Below, piece by piece: positions 1 to 15,815 of a stretch of DNA of 64,000 nucleotides. The translations under genes were made by a program, and so were the position numbers. Numbering within the stretch: the first letter of the stretch is position 1; the number at the start of each line of letters is the position of its first letter. The stretch spans positions 10,075,186 through 10,139,185 of the forward strand of contig MU054323.1 of the NCBI GenBank assembly GCA_013239625.1. Reading direction: 5' to 3'. Source of the stretch: Lama guanicoe (lineage: Eukaryota). A model generated the notes under the pieces. It had not been told where the DNA came from. It saw nothing but the letters and a program-made list of their open reading frames with translations, and searched no databases.

Positions 1-171
<171 letters not shown>

Positions 172-290
172 TGAGGAAACACTCCCTTTGTGCACTGTGG
201 CAGAGTGAGGGCTGCAGAGTGGCTCCTGCTCCTGGCTGCCCGCCTCCCCTGCTGCCCTAGCGGGCTGGTCCTGAGGAGGGTTCCAGTGAG

Positions 291-293
<3 letters not shown>

Positions 294-331
<38 letters not shown>
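294..331. repeat. (GT)19 microsatellite
   Basis: Uninterrupted GT run seen directly. Confidence 0.97.
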
Positions 332-334
<3 letters not shown>

Positions 335-879
335 AGTGAGTCTGGCCTCCTGCATCTGCCCTGGGCCCTCCAACAGCCCGTGCACAGCTCTACGAAACAC
401 CAGAGCCAGCATGGCAAGTGTGACCTGACTCCGCAATACTTCTGTGGGGCCCGAGATAGGCCCTTGCCCTCCATTTCTCTAAATCAAGGTCATTCTGCTC
501 CAGTGTTCCTCCCACTGCGGCAGTGGACACACAAAATCTTGGTCATGAGCAGAGTGATGTCTTGGGGTCCAGAACATTTGCAGGAAGACCTCCCTGTCCT
601 CTGTCCTCATGTTCAAGTGCCTTCTCTTGATGGTGCCGGCTTTGTTGGGGCATAGACCAGGGTCCTGGGTGTGGGCTTCCATCCTGGGTGAGAGTGAGTC
701 ATGGGCCCCATAAAATGGCTTTTACTGGACTGTTAGGATTTCAGCCTGGATGTTACACCAGGACACCCTGCCACTGAGGCCATCGAATCCCTCCTTGCTG
801 TGGTGGGGGTAGCGGTGGTGGAGTGGGGGCCCTGGTCTGCAGAGGGAGGGGCTCCTCCCTCCCCACCTGCCTGTGATAG

Positions 880-1194
<315 letters not shown>

Positions 1195-1616
1195 TGAGGC
1201 CTGGGGTTTCCTTCTTTCTGATCTCTGGGTATTGAAACAATCGGAATCCTGTGTGCCCATTTGTCACAGTCCTGCATTGTACTCAGAATGCCTGGGGAGG
1301 GATGGAGTGTTCTAGGCCAGATCTCCAACTTCTAGGCAGTTGTAACTTCCCAAACCCTTTCTCCTGTGGGGCTGGGGCTTGGCCTAGGCTACACCTTATC
1401 ACAAGTGGAGGCTGTGCCCCTTGCCCTCAGGAATAGACTTTTCCAGTGAGGGGGCCTTGTGAAGATCAAATTAAACATTATTTGTAAAAGTGCTTTCAAG
1501 ACTAAGTGTTGTACAAATTTGAGACGATAATGATGGAATTGATCATTATGATAATAACAACAGTAACAGTGTTTTTTAAAAATGGGACTGTTTTGCCCAG
1601 AACTGCTGCAGGGTGA

Positions 1617-1993
<377 letters not shown>

Positions 1994-2654
1994 GTACGCA
2001 GAGGCCTCCTTTGAGGGGAGAGGGTGGCCTGGGAACGAGGGGCAAAGGGAGAGACCCTGGGATGGGAGAGGAGCAGGTGCCTCACACGTTTACCTGGGGG
2101 AGGACACCCCCCGTTCCCCAGTGGTCTTCTCCCCCACCTCTCCTGGGCCAGGCTGGGGATGAGGGGCCTCAGGGCAGCCCCAGGCCCCAGCTGGGAGGGG
2201 AGAGGTGCTATTGTTCTGCTCAAGACCGGGGAGCCCATAGTGGCCATGGTAATGTCCCTGGAGACTGAGCGCCAGAGGCAGCCTTCGGCCTGGGCCTGAG
2301 GAGCCCCGGCCCCTCTCCCAGGGGAGCGCTGTTCCTGATGAAATCTGGGCCAGGAGGAGAGCAAGCACAAAAATCTACTCCAGCTGGTGCCGCTTGGCCT
2401 TCTGAGGAGGAGGAGGAGGGGGCGGGCTGCTCTTGGAGTCTTTCTGCAGCCTGATTTGCTTTCTCTTTATGTAAAAACCAGAACCAAGAACCAACAGCAA
2501 AACCAGAAGCGTTTCCCAAGCCCTTTCTCCCACAGTGCGACGTGACTCCCAACCCCAATAAGCCAGTCACAATACTGACCCTTCTGCAGGGTGGTCTGTC
2601 AGGCAGAACCCAGGGCGAGTTGTTGCAGCCAAGAGGCCTTTGCCTACAGATTCT

Positions 2655-2835
2655 GGAGCCATGAGGCCGGGGTTCAAATCCTGGCTTTTTACTTAACTTC
2701 CCCATGCCTCCGTTTTTTCATCTGTAGAGCGGGGGTAATAATAAAGTTGTGAGGGGTAAAGGAATTGATTCATGAAAAAGCACTTAGAGCAGTCCTGCCT
2801 CTACCTAATAATTTGCTGAGTGCGCACTGTGGCTA
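2655..2835 (+). mobile_element. MIR SINE fossil
   Basis: GGGTTCAAATCCTGGC...CCTCCGTTTTTTCATCTGTAGAGCGGGGGTAATAAT...GTTGTGAGG...AAAGCACTTAGAGCAGT matches the MIR core. Boundaries are approximate. Confidence 0.75.
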
Positions 2836-3830
2836 TTATTAACTTGGGGGAAATTGATTGTGCTTTTTTCTGGATTCCTCCCTATGCCTCCACCTCCTCA
2901 CCTGCAGGATGATGACAGTAGTAGCTTCAGGGGTTGAGGAAACACTGCTTCGAAGGCACTTAGTAAGAAGGTACTTAGTAGGTGCCTGGCAGAGGGGGTG
3001 CGCTCACAACAAACTAAGGCAATGGATTGTTGTCAGCAGGAATGGGATCAGTTGTCCTCAGGGGAGCCTGGAACAGGGCTGTGTAATTGAATTCCCGGGA
3101 TCTTGCTAAATGCAGATTCTGATTCAGATGCTAATGGTGCTAGTCCCTGGACCATACTAAGTAGGGAGAGCCCAGGAGTCTCCCTTGTGTTCCACTGGGA
3201 TGTATCCCAGTGGGGAGAAGGGGCCAGTGTCACCTAATGGATTGTGGACACATAACCTTGCTCGAATAAGGTGAAAAGAGAAAGGGGACATCCTGAGGGG
3301 GTCCTCCCGTGAGATTTCAAGTTCCCCGTGAAATCACCCATTAATCACTTGTCCCTCTCTCCTGTCTCAATTCAGCTCAACATGCAGTAAAACTCCCAGG
3401 AAGTGTTGAAGTGTTGGCAGGTGCTGGCACCAGCAGGGCACTGGGGTGTCGACTGGGAGGGAGACTTGGTGCCCGCTCCTTGGGAGCTTCCAGCCTGACT
3501 GGAGAGCCACAGGGATGCACCTTCCCAGGGGACAAGAACAGTGCTGCCTCCAGGGAGCACTCGTTCTGCCTGGGGGGTGCTCAGAAGGCAGAGGTAGGAT
3601 ATTCTAGGTGGAGAGAAGGTGGGGAAGGGCATTTAGGCAAAGGCAGAACACGCGCTCAGGAAGGCATGGGGATGGTGGGCATATGGTGCGTCTAGGGGAC
3701 ATCACACAGCTTCACGTGCTCCTGCTACCCTGCCATTATCCTTGGTTCCAGTGTCAGGAAGGGCCTGCTCTGTCCTTGAAGATTCCCCTTAGCCCACACC
3801 AGAAAAAATTTTGAGCCCATTGTGGCATGA

Positions 3831-4091
<261 letters not shown>

Positions 4092-4399
4092 TAATGCAGG
4101 GTCAGGGTCCTGGGGACAGCTGACCTGGCCAGCCCAGGGCAGGTAAGGCAACCAGCCAGCCCTGAGGGCACTGCCCATGGAGTTCAGCTTCCTTGAGGCT
4201 ACAGGGAGGGACAGTTGGATGGACGAAGCTGTGACCTTTCCTTACAGCTGTCGTCCCATCTCTCCACGCAGTTACAGCCAGGCCCGCTCAGGGGATGCTC
4301 CCTGCTCCTTGCCTCCCCTTCCTCGCCTTCCACTCCCTCTCTGGCTGTTGCCATCTTATTCTAGTTCCTGTCCCACCCCAGCTCCATTCTCAATAAAAC

Positions 4400-4960
4400 T
4401 ATTCATTCATTTTTTCAAGAGAGATTTGATGAGCAGTGTTTTCATTACTATGGATACGGCCGTGAATAAGAAAAATTAGGCCCCTGCTGTCTTGGAGCTT
4501 ACCTCCTAGTTGGGTAGTAAACAAGTAATAATGATGAGAGTTTTAGACCCAGGTAAGGGATAAAAACAAGAGGTAATGGAGAGTGGGGTCAAGGCTACTT
4601 TAGATTCAGAGTCAGAGGAGATCTTTCTAAGGAGTGACATTTGGGTTGAGAATGGATGGGCTGGTAGGAGCCAGCTCTTTGAGGGTCTGGGGTGCAGAAG
4701 TCCCAGCAAAGAAAGGTAGAACCAAGGCCCCTGGATGGGATCAGCTTGGGGTTTAGCAAAGAGAAAGGCTAGGCTGCTTGGGACACAGTGAGTGAGGGGA
4801 GGGGTGGGCCACGAGACGGAGAGGACAAGGCCAGGCCAGGGAGGGCCTCACAGGCCACGGTCAGGAGTTGGGATTTTGGTTTGTGGGTGACTGGAAGCCA
4901 CTGGAGGGTTTTTCAGTAGGAGTGTGATCGTATTAGATGGTTTCAAGCATGAGAGCGATA
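4400..4960 (+). mobile_element. L2 LINE fossil (3' region)
   Basis: ATTCATTCA start followed by typical L2 3' sequence (GGAGCTTAC..CTAG, GAGGAGTGACATTTG, GGAAGCCACTGGAGGGTTTT). Boundaries are approximate and the strand is as read, not verified. Confidence 0.6.
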
Positions 4961-6336
4961 GGACCTGATTAACCATGTTCAGAAGCTGGAGCTGGGGTCC
5001 AGTTACTCACATTCCTTGGTTCATGCCATGTTATCGTCTGGAGATGCCACTATGGTGGGTACAGCTCCAGAGAGCACGTCCACACTGCGTCCTGTGTTGT
5101 GTCCCACATGGTAAATTCACGTGGCTGCCCGAGGGTGCACCCTGGAGGGAGGCACTGCATGCAGCTCCTCCCACCCTTGCCGCTGCACTCCCACAGTGCT
5201 GCACCTCACATCCTCCGAAGTACCCCCAACAGCCCAGGAGGATGAATTCAGGAATAAGCCCAGAGTGGGAGTGAGGCCAAGGGCCGCGTCACTTAGGCAG
5301 CCCGAGCATTGGCGGGAGCCCTCGCCCCTCTGCCCCTCTGCCCCTCCTGCAGTGCTTGGGGTGCCTACGTCCCCCTGACCTTGCAGTTTCTGAACTTCAG
5401 ATTTTCATCAGTCTGATGGGTAAAAACGTTCAGTCCTTGCTGTTTCAGAGTCCTTTTTCGCCTCCCTGACTAGTAATGAGTTTCAGTACTTCTTCATGTT
5501 TGCTAGCCTTTTGATTAAAAAAAAAAAATCTCTGACCACTAACTGGAGGATTGATGGTGGGGGAGGGGCCAGGGTGGAGGAGGGATGCCAGGCAGATGGC
5601 TGCCCCACAGTCCGGGTGAGCTGTGCCGGAGGCTGGCAGCAGGGGAGGCGGGGGAGGGGTATAGTTTGAAGGCAGAGCCCATAGCAGGTGGGTGGTGAGG
5701 ATTTCAAAGAGGAATTAAAGATACTGCTTAGGTTTTTAAACTGAACAACTGAGTGAATGACAGTGCCATTTACTGAAATGAGGCATATTGTGAGGGAAGT
5801 AGAAGGTTGTGATTGGTTTGTTCTTAATGGTTGAGGGGGATGGGTGTCAAGATCTAATCTCTCTCCAGATCTAAGCTCCTCTCCATTCTGACCTTTCTCT
5901 CTCATTGGATGACACTGACTGCCCTTCATTTCCCTTCCTGGAACCCTGTGCTTCCAGTTTCCATGGCAGCACACCCCGTGGTTCTCTTTGTCCCTCTGTG
6001 CATTTCTCCCCCACCTGCTCCCTGGATGCCCATGACTGCAGGAGTGTCTTCAGTCCTTGTCCCCCTCTTGCAGGTTTCTCTGAGAGGTGTCATCACTTCC
6101 CGTGGCCCCAGTCACATCAAACTCTGATGCTTCCCAATGTCTTCCTCCCAGCCAATCCCTCTATAAGTCCAATCTCTTGGATGCCTCCATAGGACCCACC
6201 ACCCAGATGTCCCATTGTCATCTTAGTGCAAACTGTCCCTAAGTGAACTCATTGCCTTCTCCAGAAGCCTGCGTCTCTGACTGTGTTCCCTCACTGTGAT
6301 TTACTGAGTCATCCAAGATGCAAAATGGGGAATTTC

Positions 6337-6922
6337 ATACTTCACTGATTCTAAGACACACATTTTTTGACCCACATTTTAGTATCTTAGAATCCTAGGC
6401 ATCTCACAGTTGCTGTTGGCCAGGCAGCAGTTATGACTTGGGTTTTTACTATCTACACAATTGCAAGCTTGATCATTGTTGCTCATAGGATAAACCTTTG
6501 AATTACCATTTGCTTTGTAGGAACTACACTATGAGCCCTTCTCTGCTGGTTAGCCTTTTATATTTATTTTAATAAGTCACTGTGGAGAATTGTTGAGTTT
6601 CATCATGATATGAAATGTCTTAGAAATATTACACTATTATTTGGCATTGAAATGAAGAGTTAATGTGTGAGAAAAGGCATGGAAATGGAGTGATGGGACA
6701 TAAATTAGATGTTAATGCAAACATTCGTCATTGAAGGAATGACCAAATGCCACAGTTTCTTACAAAGCAACTGTCAAGCACTTTACTTGACCTAAGGAAG
6801 AAAGGACAGGGCGGTGTCACTGAAGGCAGTGGAAATCGCCAGTGTCTTTTTCTGGTTTTCCTTAGTGGAAAATAAATTAATGGTGCATTTTACAATCAAT
6901 GAAGGTTGAGTGAAATCTGATA
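6337..6922 (+). mobile_element. Tc2/pogo-type DNA transposon fossil (Kanga/MER104-like) interrupting an L2
   Basis: Starts ATACTTCACTGATTCTAAGACACAC and ends GGTGCATTTTACAATCAATG...GTGAAAT, resembling Tc2-family termini. Contains decayed transposase-like sequence at about 6615-6740. L2-like sequence flanks both sides (about 5690-6335 and 6925-7500). Confidence 0.55.
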
Positions 6923-7871
6923 ATTCTAGATGCTTCGAGCTCCGCCTCCAATCAGCTTCCAAGTCCGGCAGTTTCGTCTTCCCTAGCAGCTCTTGAATCT
7001 GATCATGCCTACTGACCCCGTTCCTACTGCTTTATGTCAGGCCTTCAACATCTCTTGCTGGGCTATCACACAGCCTCCTGACAGGTCTCCCGGCCCCCGG
7101 CCTTGTCCCCGGGATCCGTCCTCCACGCTGCTATCTGAGACATTCTGACTGAAGTGCAAGTCTGATCGTTCCTCCGCTGCCCACTGCCTGCAGCTGAAAG
7201 CCCACCTCCTTCATGCCTCCCGAAGTGGGGTCCTGCCTTCTCCTCCAGCCTGCTCTCCTCCTGGGAACAGGCCCTGCCTGTTTTTCCCCTGCCACACACC
7301 TGCAGACCTGTCAGACTGCCTTATGGACCCTGGAATGACTATCCTCCTTCAGTCCTTAATCCCATCTCACTTGTGAACTCCTACTCATCTTTTGAGTCCT
7401 AACCCAAAGTCACCTCTCCAATGAAGCCCCCCTTGATTCCCTCTCCTGACCACCAATGTTTATCGGGTAGAGTTGACCACTTTCTCCAATACTGCCCCAC
7501 TGCACCCTTTCTCAGACTTCTACATGTTTCATGCTAGAAGAAAATTAAGTACACTTTGGTATAGCCATCAAACAGAATATTATTGAGCCATTAAAAGGGA
7601 TGCCATGGGAATATGATTAATGATCATGTGAAAAAAACTGGTAAAAGTTGTATATACATTCTGATGTCATCTAAAATGTAAATGCATGGGAAAAAAGACT
7701 ATAAGAAAATATGTAAAAATTTAATAGAGGTTTGCTTTTGGTAATGGGTTTATGGTTGATGTTTATTCTTTTATAAATCTAGTTTTTTAACTAGGTGGGG
7801 ATTACTGTCACGATTAGAAAAAGTACTGAAAATTCTCCCACTGTAATTAGAAAAATCATATAAAGCTATGA

Positions 7872-8060
<189 letters not shown>

Positions 8061-8361
8061 TGAGGTGCGAGCTGGTCTGGGGTGGGGAGCAGAGCAGAAC
8101 CTGGCAGCCAGTCAGGGAAGTGGGGAGTGCACTCCAGAGGCTTTAGCTTCCTGCACGACTCTGACAGGTGAAATCTCCTTCCTCTGTGCCTGGTTCTGCC
8201 TCCCACTGCCCGTGTCTCCTGGGCCTCCCTGGGCCTCTGGGCCTCCATCTTTTAAATGGGGATCTTGACCCCTGGCTTAACTGCCAGTGATCCGGAAGGC
8301 TCCGCTGTGTCCTCTGAAGCTCTCCCAGGTGGAAGGGGTTATCTCTCCTGCTATGGTCTAG

Positions 8362-8565
<204 letters not shown>

Positions 8566-9891
8566 TGACAGTGGCGCTCTGCTCGGCCCAGGCCGAGGTG
8601 GCTCTGGGAGGGGGCGTGTGTCTGGGCTGCGACTGAGACCTAGCTGGGGCAGCAGGACTCCTGGGTGAATTTACAGGATGGGTTTCCCTGCCCAAGTCTC
8701 GGGGAGCACAAATCCCAGGCTCAGGAGCATCCGCCAGTAGAAGTGGGTTCCTGCAGTCTCGACTGTGTAGGTGCAGTTCCAGTGGGATGGGTTATTGGTC
8801 AGGTGAGCTCAGCGTTTCTCTGTTAACTCACTCAGCAGACCCATTCACCATCAGAGTGGCCAGCCTAGGGCTAATTTAGAGGCAGAGGTGGAACCAAAGC
8901 ACATGAGAAGGACTGGGCCAAGGGGCTAAAGTGTGGGTGCTAGGAGCCGGAAACCCAGCAGAAATCTGACAGTCACTCCTGTGCCTAAAACTTAATCCCC
9001 TTCTGCAATGCCCCAGGAGGACCACATCTGGACTCCTTAGCGGGACCCACAGGGAAGCCCCTGCCCACCTCTTCCGCCCTGCTCTCTCCCATGCACGCTC
9101 TCCCAGCCAGACCGCAGCAGCTCCTGTTCCCCGCCCCTCGCTGTCTCTCTCCCTCCTGTGCCTTTGCTCATGCTGTGCCTTCTGCACCTAGAACATGCCT
9201 GTTTGTCCTACAAGATTTCACTCACCTGTCACCTTCTCCCAGAAGCCTCTCTGACATTCTGTCCCCCTGTCCTCTGGGTGGACAGGTTGCCCCATTCTCC
9301 AGTCCTCTGTCTCCCTCAGTGGGCACCTCAGGGTGAAGACCGCGTCTCTCGTCTCGTTGTTCTCTGAGTCCAGCACAGCTCTTAGCGCTCAGTAGGCAAA
9401 GAGCGTGGAATGCAGGGATGAATGACAGAATGAATGATGTGCTCCTGTGGGTGCAACCCAGGCTCTGGATTGGGGATCTGGGATAATGCTCTGGGTGAAG
9501 CTGCTGGCCAGGGGAGTATGATGGGCATGCGATCCCAGTGGAAGAGAACAGGGCTCCTTAACCTTTCCCTAGTACCAGGGCAGTGTGAGCAGGCCCTAGG
9601 CAACCAGGCGTCAGGATAGAGGATCCTGGAAAGATCTTCCCCTCTCTTGGATTAAATGAGTACCAGTCTTCCTCTCATGGACTTCTAACCCCTCACTCCA
9701 AGCTCCCCCAGCCCCATTCTTAACATAGCTTCTGAAAAAAAAAAAAAAGGCAGAAAGAGAGAGCCCTGCCCCTGACAGGGGGTTGGTACTCTTGGCTCTA
9801 GATATTGTTGCCCCCTGAGGAAAAGTCATTTCCAGAGTTCCCAAAGCCTTGTCCCCTAGCAGCAGGTGGGGGTAGACTAAGCAGCAGGTGA

Positions 9892-10236
<345 letters not shown>

Positions 10237-11030
10237 TAGGCATTGTGCCAGATTCCTCAGGGTAAGGGGAGCCTGAAAAGCCCTTTCTATCTAGTTGCCA
10301 GGGTAATACCATAAGACTAACTGGAACTGGCCTAGAGGTCAAGGTTACAGCCTCCTGCTGGGTGCCTTGGGACCACCCAGAGATGTTCTGGGCATCTTTC
10401 ATCCTTCCAGCAGATTTACAGGGAGGAGGGCAGAGGTAGGGTGTGCTGTGGCTGCGGGCTGCTCCTGATCTAGCCATGCACTTGAGGTTTTGAGGGTAGG
10501 GTGTTTTGTTGGCCAGGCAACTGGGCCAGGATGGCTGGGTGGGTGGGTCTGGAGTAGACACAAGCCTTTCACAGGCTGGAAATGGGAGCAGATGTCTGCT
10601 CCTTCTGGGAGTCAGGCTGCTGGACAGTCAAGCCACATAGCAGGGTTAAGACACAGGCTTGAAATTTCTTACTAGCTGTGTGAACTGGGCTCATTCAGCC
10701 TCAGTTTTTGTTTTGTTTGGTTTTTAATGGTAAACTGAGGATGAAAACTCATGCTTCATGGGTTAAGATCACTCCTCGAGTGAGTGCAGAGTACCTAACG
10801 AGGTGCCCTAGATGCTTTGCACTGAGCGAGTACTCAGCATACGATGGTTTCCCGCTCCCGTCCCCCTCCCCTTTGAGTGGTGCTCTCTTGGTCACTGGGG
10901 ATGTTCTGGCATGGGTTGGATGCCTAGTCAGGGATGCAGGAGGAATCTCTGCTGAGGGCTATTGTTTGGGCTGTGGAACTCCTGCCCAGCCTGGGTTCCC
11001 ACTGGCTCTTGGTTTCTGTTCCCTCAATAG

Positions 11031-11279
<249 letters not shown>

Positions 11280-14200
11280 TAGGCAGCTGGTGCCCTCCCC
11301 AGTTCTGGGAATCAGCAGAGCAGAGAACAGCACTGGTTTAGCTCTCAGGCCAAACATTTCCCCAGGGGCTGCCTAAGGCAGGGGCTCTTGGTTGGCAGGC
11401 TATTCCATGTCATGTCCCCCTGGGGGTCTTAGACTGCTAGAAGTGGAGGAGCTGTGGAGATCGTCTGGTCTTGCCTCCTTATGATACACGTGATAGAAAT
11501 GACCACCTTGGGTCACATAACACCACAGCGAGAGAGCCAATAGGGCATTGATGGGAAAACAGGTCAGGACTACCAAGAAGGCATTAGGAAGAGTTGTCAC
11601 ATTTTTCTAGCTGTGAGATGGTAGCAGGGGATGTGGCTTGTGTGGGGACCAGGCAGGATGCTGATGAGACAGTTGGGCAAGGCTGTTGGAGAGGACAGAG
11701 TTGACAGGTGGGTAGACCCAGGTGATTGTCTGATATGGGATCCCATTGGCTTTCTGAGCTTGGAATGAATGAAGGTTGTCTTTGAGGAAGACTGGTGCCA
11801 GGGTTTGAGATGGGAGGGATTTGGGGTGATGAGTGGACAGTGAGGATGGAGGGGTTGGGGGAGGAATGAAAAGAGCAAAAAGGAAGGAGCTATGGCAGAG
11901 ACATCCAGAAAGGCAAGAGCTTCTCTGTTCCTTATGTGCTTTGCAGTATCACATCTTGATTCTTGAACAGTAGGTGGCAATTCTGGTACATTCTGTTCAC
12001 TCCTTTCATAGATGATTAGGTGATATTTGGTGTATTTGTACACAGACTGACGTGCACGTTCGAAACCTCAGGTGTGTGAGAACATAGTCTATGATAGACT
12101 ACGTCCAGACCAGTAGATTCGTAAGTTTTCACAAACTAGTCTTGCCTTGATGTGAGGAAGCCTGTGACCTGAGAACGGCTGTTTACGTTGTTGCTGTGTG
12201 TCCTGATGGGCACAGAGCAACCCACAGAGCATCCTAATGCTGAGGCTGGAAGCACCGCCTGGCACACCCACCCCTCCTCCCCATCCCGCACCCTGGCCTG
12301 AGCCCAGCTCCCCGGGGCTGGGACAGCAGCTGTGTCCTTGGCTGGAGTCTCCCGGAGAAGTTTCAGTTACAAATCAAAGGCCTGGTCAGGCCCTTCTCCA
12401 CCTCCCAAGATCATAAATATTGTCAATTTCCTCTCTTCATCTCAGAGAGAATTTATGAATTGCTGAGTTTGTTGCTGTAGAACAAACAAAGTAAATCCAG
12501 CTCTAAATTACAGCTTGTTCTCAGCGCCGCTCTGGGTAAGTGAGATTGCTGTTGCCAATAACTATGGCTCTTGGTAAATCACTGTGGGCCCTGGATTTAT
12601 TGGGAAAACCTGCATCAAGCCAAATAGGCTTTAGCTGTTTGAAGAGGCTGAGCACCCTTGTCTGGGGAGAAGAGCTTTTAACTCTTCCCGCTCCGGGGAA
12701 GAGCCGGCCTCCTCGAGCAGGCTGAGGCTCTGGAGCTTTGGGCTGCAGAAGCTGGTGTCTCATGTGCTCACAAGACTCAGGTCCCCTCTACTTGGGGCCC
12801 TGATGTGCCCACCAGGGCTGGACGCCAGAAAAGGGGCCTGGGGATTGCCTGCTTTTGTGATCTGACCACACCTTGAGGCAGGTTGCAGGGTCCAGGGAGT
12901 TGCCTATAGTCCTCCTTTCCTCCTAGCACAGGGTCTCCTTGGGGATGGCTGATGATGCTCCCTCTGGTCCATCAGCCGGAGGATCTTGTGCAAGAGAATG
13001 GAGGCATGAGAGGCACCATCCTCTTCTCTAACCCTTAGGTCAGTGCTAGCCTCGAATGGGCATGGGGTTGGACTCAAAGGGATGGATGGAGCCCACTAAC
13101 CTACTGGCACAAGGCTCCTATGGGGCCCGAAGCGTGAAGCCCAAGGTCTTGTCTCCAAGTCATTTGGAGCAGGTGTGGCTGTGGGCTTTGCCGTGAGCTG
13201 TACCCTCTTAGCCCAACCAGCAACACTGCTTTTGGAAGTATTCTTAACTGCGAAGTAATAAGCTGACTTCCATACCCACAAAGGTCAGAGCTGGAGGGAT
13301 TTAGGTTACCAGCAAGAATTTATCACTGCCAGGGAGTACCAGGAGTGGAACCAAGGTTTCCCAGGGAATGGTCCTCTACTGCCTGGCATGGTCTAAGCCC
13401 CTCTGCAGAGGGGAAAAAAAATGGATGCAAGTAATGAAACTTCCCACTGTCCCAGGGGATTGGGAGGCGGAAGCAGAGACTGGTGCAGGTGTGACAGAAG
13501 GGAAGGGGCATACATCTTCCTCCCTGATCACCCAGGCTGAGCCCGGTGGCTCTCCTGGAAGTGGCGTGGAGCCCTCTGTGGCGTGTAGCCCTCTGTGCAG
13601 AGGGAAACTTTCTCCCAAGCCGGCTTCTTACACCTTATGAGACACTCTGAGCTCCAGGCTGCAGAGGAGCTGTGAAGTGCTGTGAAATACTTAAGCATGG
13701 AAAGTCACAGCCTGTTACTGCTTGTTTCCTGCTCAGTGGGGGCCAAGGGGTCAAGGACACAGACAGGGAAGGCTGTCTTCTGGCACAAAGTCCAGATCAC
13801 ACAGCCAAACTGAGATTGGTCTTTCTTAGGTGACCTCCCAAGACCCCCCTTGATTCTGGAATTCGGTGATCAAGTTACCTCATCTGCCACCATGTCTCTT
13901 TTAGTTCCTTGGTTTCCCCTGGGGTGAGCGGGGTGGCGGCAAGTAGGCTGACACAGCAGAGTTTCTTCCCATGTCCCCTTTGGGGGACAGTCAAAAAGAA
14001 GATGTGGGGGAGCCCTGCTCCCTGACCACTACCCTTTGTCATTGACAGCTATAGGACCTCTCCAGGGCTGAGCCTGGAGTGGCATCCTTTCTATTCAGCA
14101 CCAAGACCTTCTGATTTCAGGGGGGTTATTCTGGGGATCAAGGCAGTTCCACAGCAGATGGGCTGGGTCTGCTTGGGGCTCTGTTACTGGGTTAGTTACA

Positions 14201-14727
14201 AAAGGAACTTCACTAATTAAAACATCAGGCTGCTAACAGCTCACCCCGTCTTGCTCAGACTGAGCACCAAAAGGACCTCTCTTAATTTAGTGCGGCCCCT
14301 GGCCAGCACTGGTGAGAACAGATAAGCTCAAAAATGGGCAGCTTCAGATGTGCTTTTGCTCTTTTGCTCTGACTTTAAATTCATTACCTTGTGTAAATCA
14401 TGTGACCAACATTATATTGTTAGTGAAACTTAAAAATTCACCTGTGATGCCTCACTAATATACTGACATCTTAAAAATGTCTCTCTTCTATTCCCATAAT
14501 GTAAATACAATTTTGACTTTGTGCCTTTCATTTAACACCACCCAGTTTCCCATGCTGTTACACAGTCTTTCTAGTTAACTTACAAATATAAAGTTTATTT
14601 TCCACCACTGTAGAAGTCATTCTTACTAAATACTGAGAAAATGAAAAATATGAAGCATTTGAAAGAAAAAAAACTTCACTTATAGTCCCAGCTCCTCAAA
14701 GAAACATTATTAATATTTGGCATTTTT

Positions 14728-14828
14728 AATTTTTTTTTTCATGGAGGTACTGGGGTTAGAACCCAGGACCTCATGCATGCTAAGCATGCCTCTACCACGG
14801 AGCTATATCCTCCCCACCCACCCCTCCG
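14728..14828 (-). mobile_element. tRNA-Ala-derived SINE (camelid vic-1-like) with 9-bp target-site duplication
   Basis: Reverse strand reads GGGGAGGATATAGCTCCGTGGTAGAGGCATGCTTAGCATGCATGAGGTCCTGGGTTCTAACCCCAGTACCTCCATG then an A-rich tail, with A-box and B-box-like motifs. Flanked by GGCATTTTT at 14719-14727 and 14829-14837. Confidence 0.88.
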
Positions 14829-15559
14829 GGCATTTTTCATTTCAAGTATCTTTTTCTGGGTGTATTTGCGTTTGGCATCATGATTACATTACACATTTAA
14901 ATTTGCATCCTGCTTTAAAAAAAACCAGGGCATGAGCATTTACATATAATTACACACTTGAGTCAGTTTGAACAGTTCCGTCACGTGCTTGTGTTTTTCT
15001 GTTTCAGTGGATCATTCCCAGTTTTTCTGCAATGAAGAGACCTAGTTTTGGTGGCCATGGAGAATTCGGCCATGTGACATAGAACTTAACTGAGCCTTGT
15101 GCTTGTTGTCGGGAGTCTCGTTTGACTCCAGTGTCTGCTGCCACTGTCCGTGGTACCATGTTTTTCAATGCTTTATTAAAAGCTCTTCTCTTGCTTCCCA
15201 GTAGCCTGAGGATGGCATGGCCTGGTGGCCTCAGGGCTTGGCTGAATGGGACGGGTGTGAGGCCCACTTGGCCTCAGCCCCAGTGCAGAGAGGGGAGGCT
15301 AGGCCCGGGGAGGCCACGGTGTCTGGGCTGCCAGCCTGTGGCTATTGTCTCCACATTAAAGGGCTTTGCTTCCCCTGTTGTGTGGGCAGCACCAAGGCCA
15401 GTGTGGCATCCTTGTGGTACAGAAGAGGAGCCTATGAAAACCCTGGGCTAGGCTCATGGGTTTTTAAGTTTTCAGAAGTTAGATTCCCACCTCCTTAGTT
15501 GGACCCTCCTCCATGAAGGTTGTTGGGCTGTTGGAGTATTTTAGTAATAGTAATAGTAG

Positions 15560-15815
15560 TAACAATAGCTGACACTTACATAGTAATTATCTGCTCAAGA
15601 CACTGTCCTAAGCATTATGTGAATCATTTAATCATCACAGCAGCTCTATGAGTTACTAGTATTATCCCCATTTTATAGTTGGGTAAACTGAGGTGTCGAG
15701 AGGGTACATGACTTACTCAATGTCATACACTAAAATGTGGAAGAGCCAGGATTCAAATCTGGGTGGTCTAGATCCAGAATCCAACCCCTTAGCCTCTGTC
15801 CTTTACTGCCTCTCA
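15560..15815 (-). mobile_element. MIR SINE fossil
   Basis: ATTATCCCCATTTTATAG..GGTAAACTGAGG...GAGCCAGGATTCAAATCT is the reverse-orientation MIR core. Confidence 0.8.

Noticed and set aside
14740..14815. tRNA-Ala-like sequence as a real tRNA gene
   Set aside because: It has an A-tail, a TSD and a degenerate stem and boxes, so it is a SINE copy.
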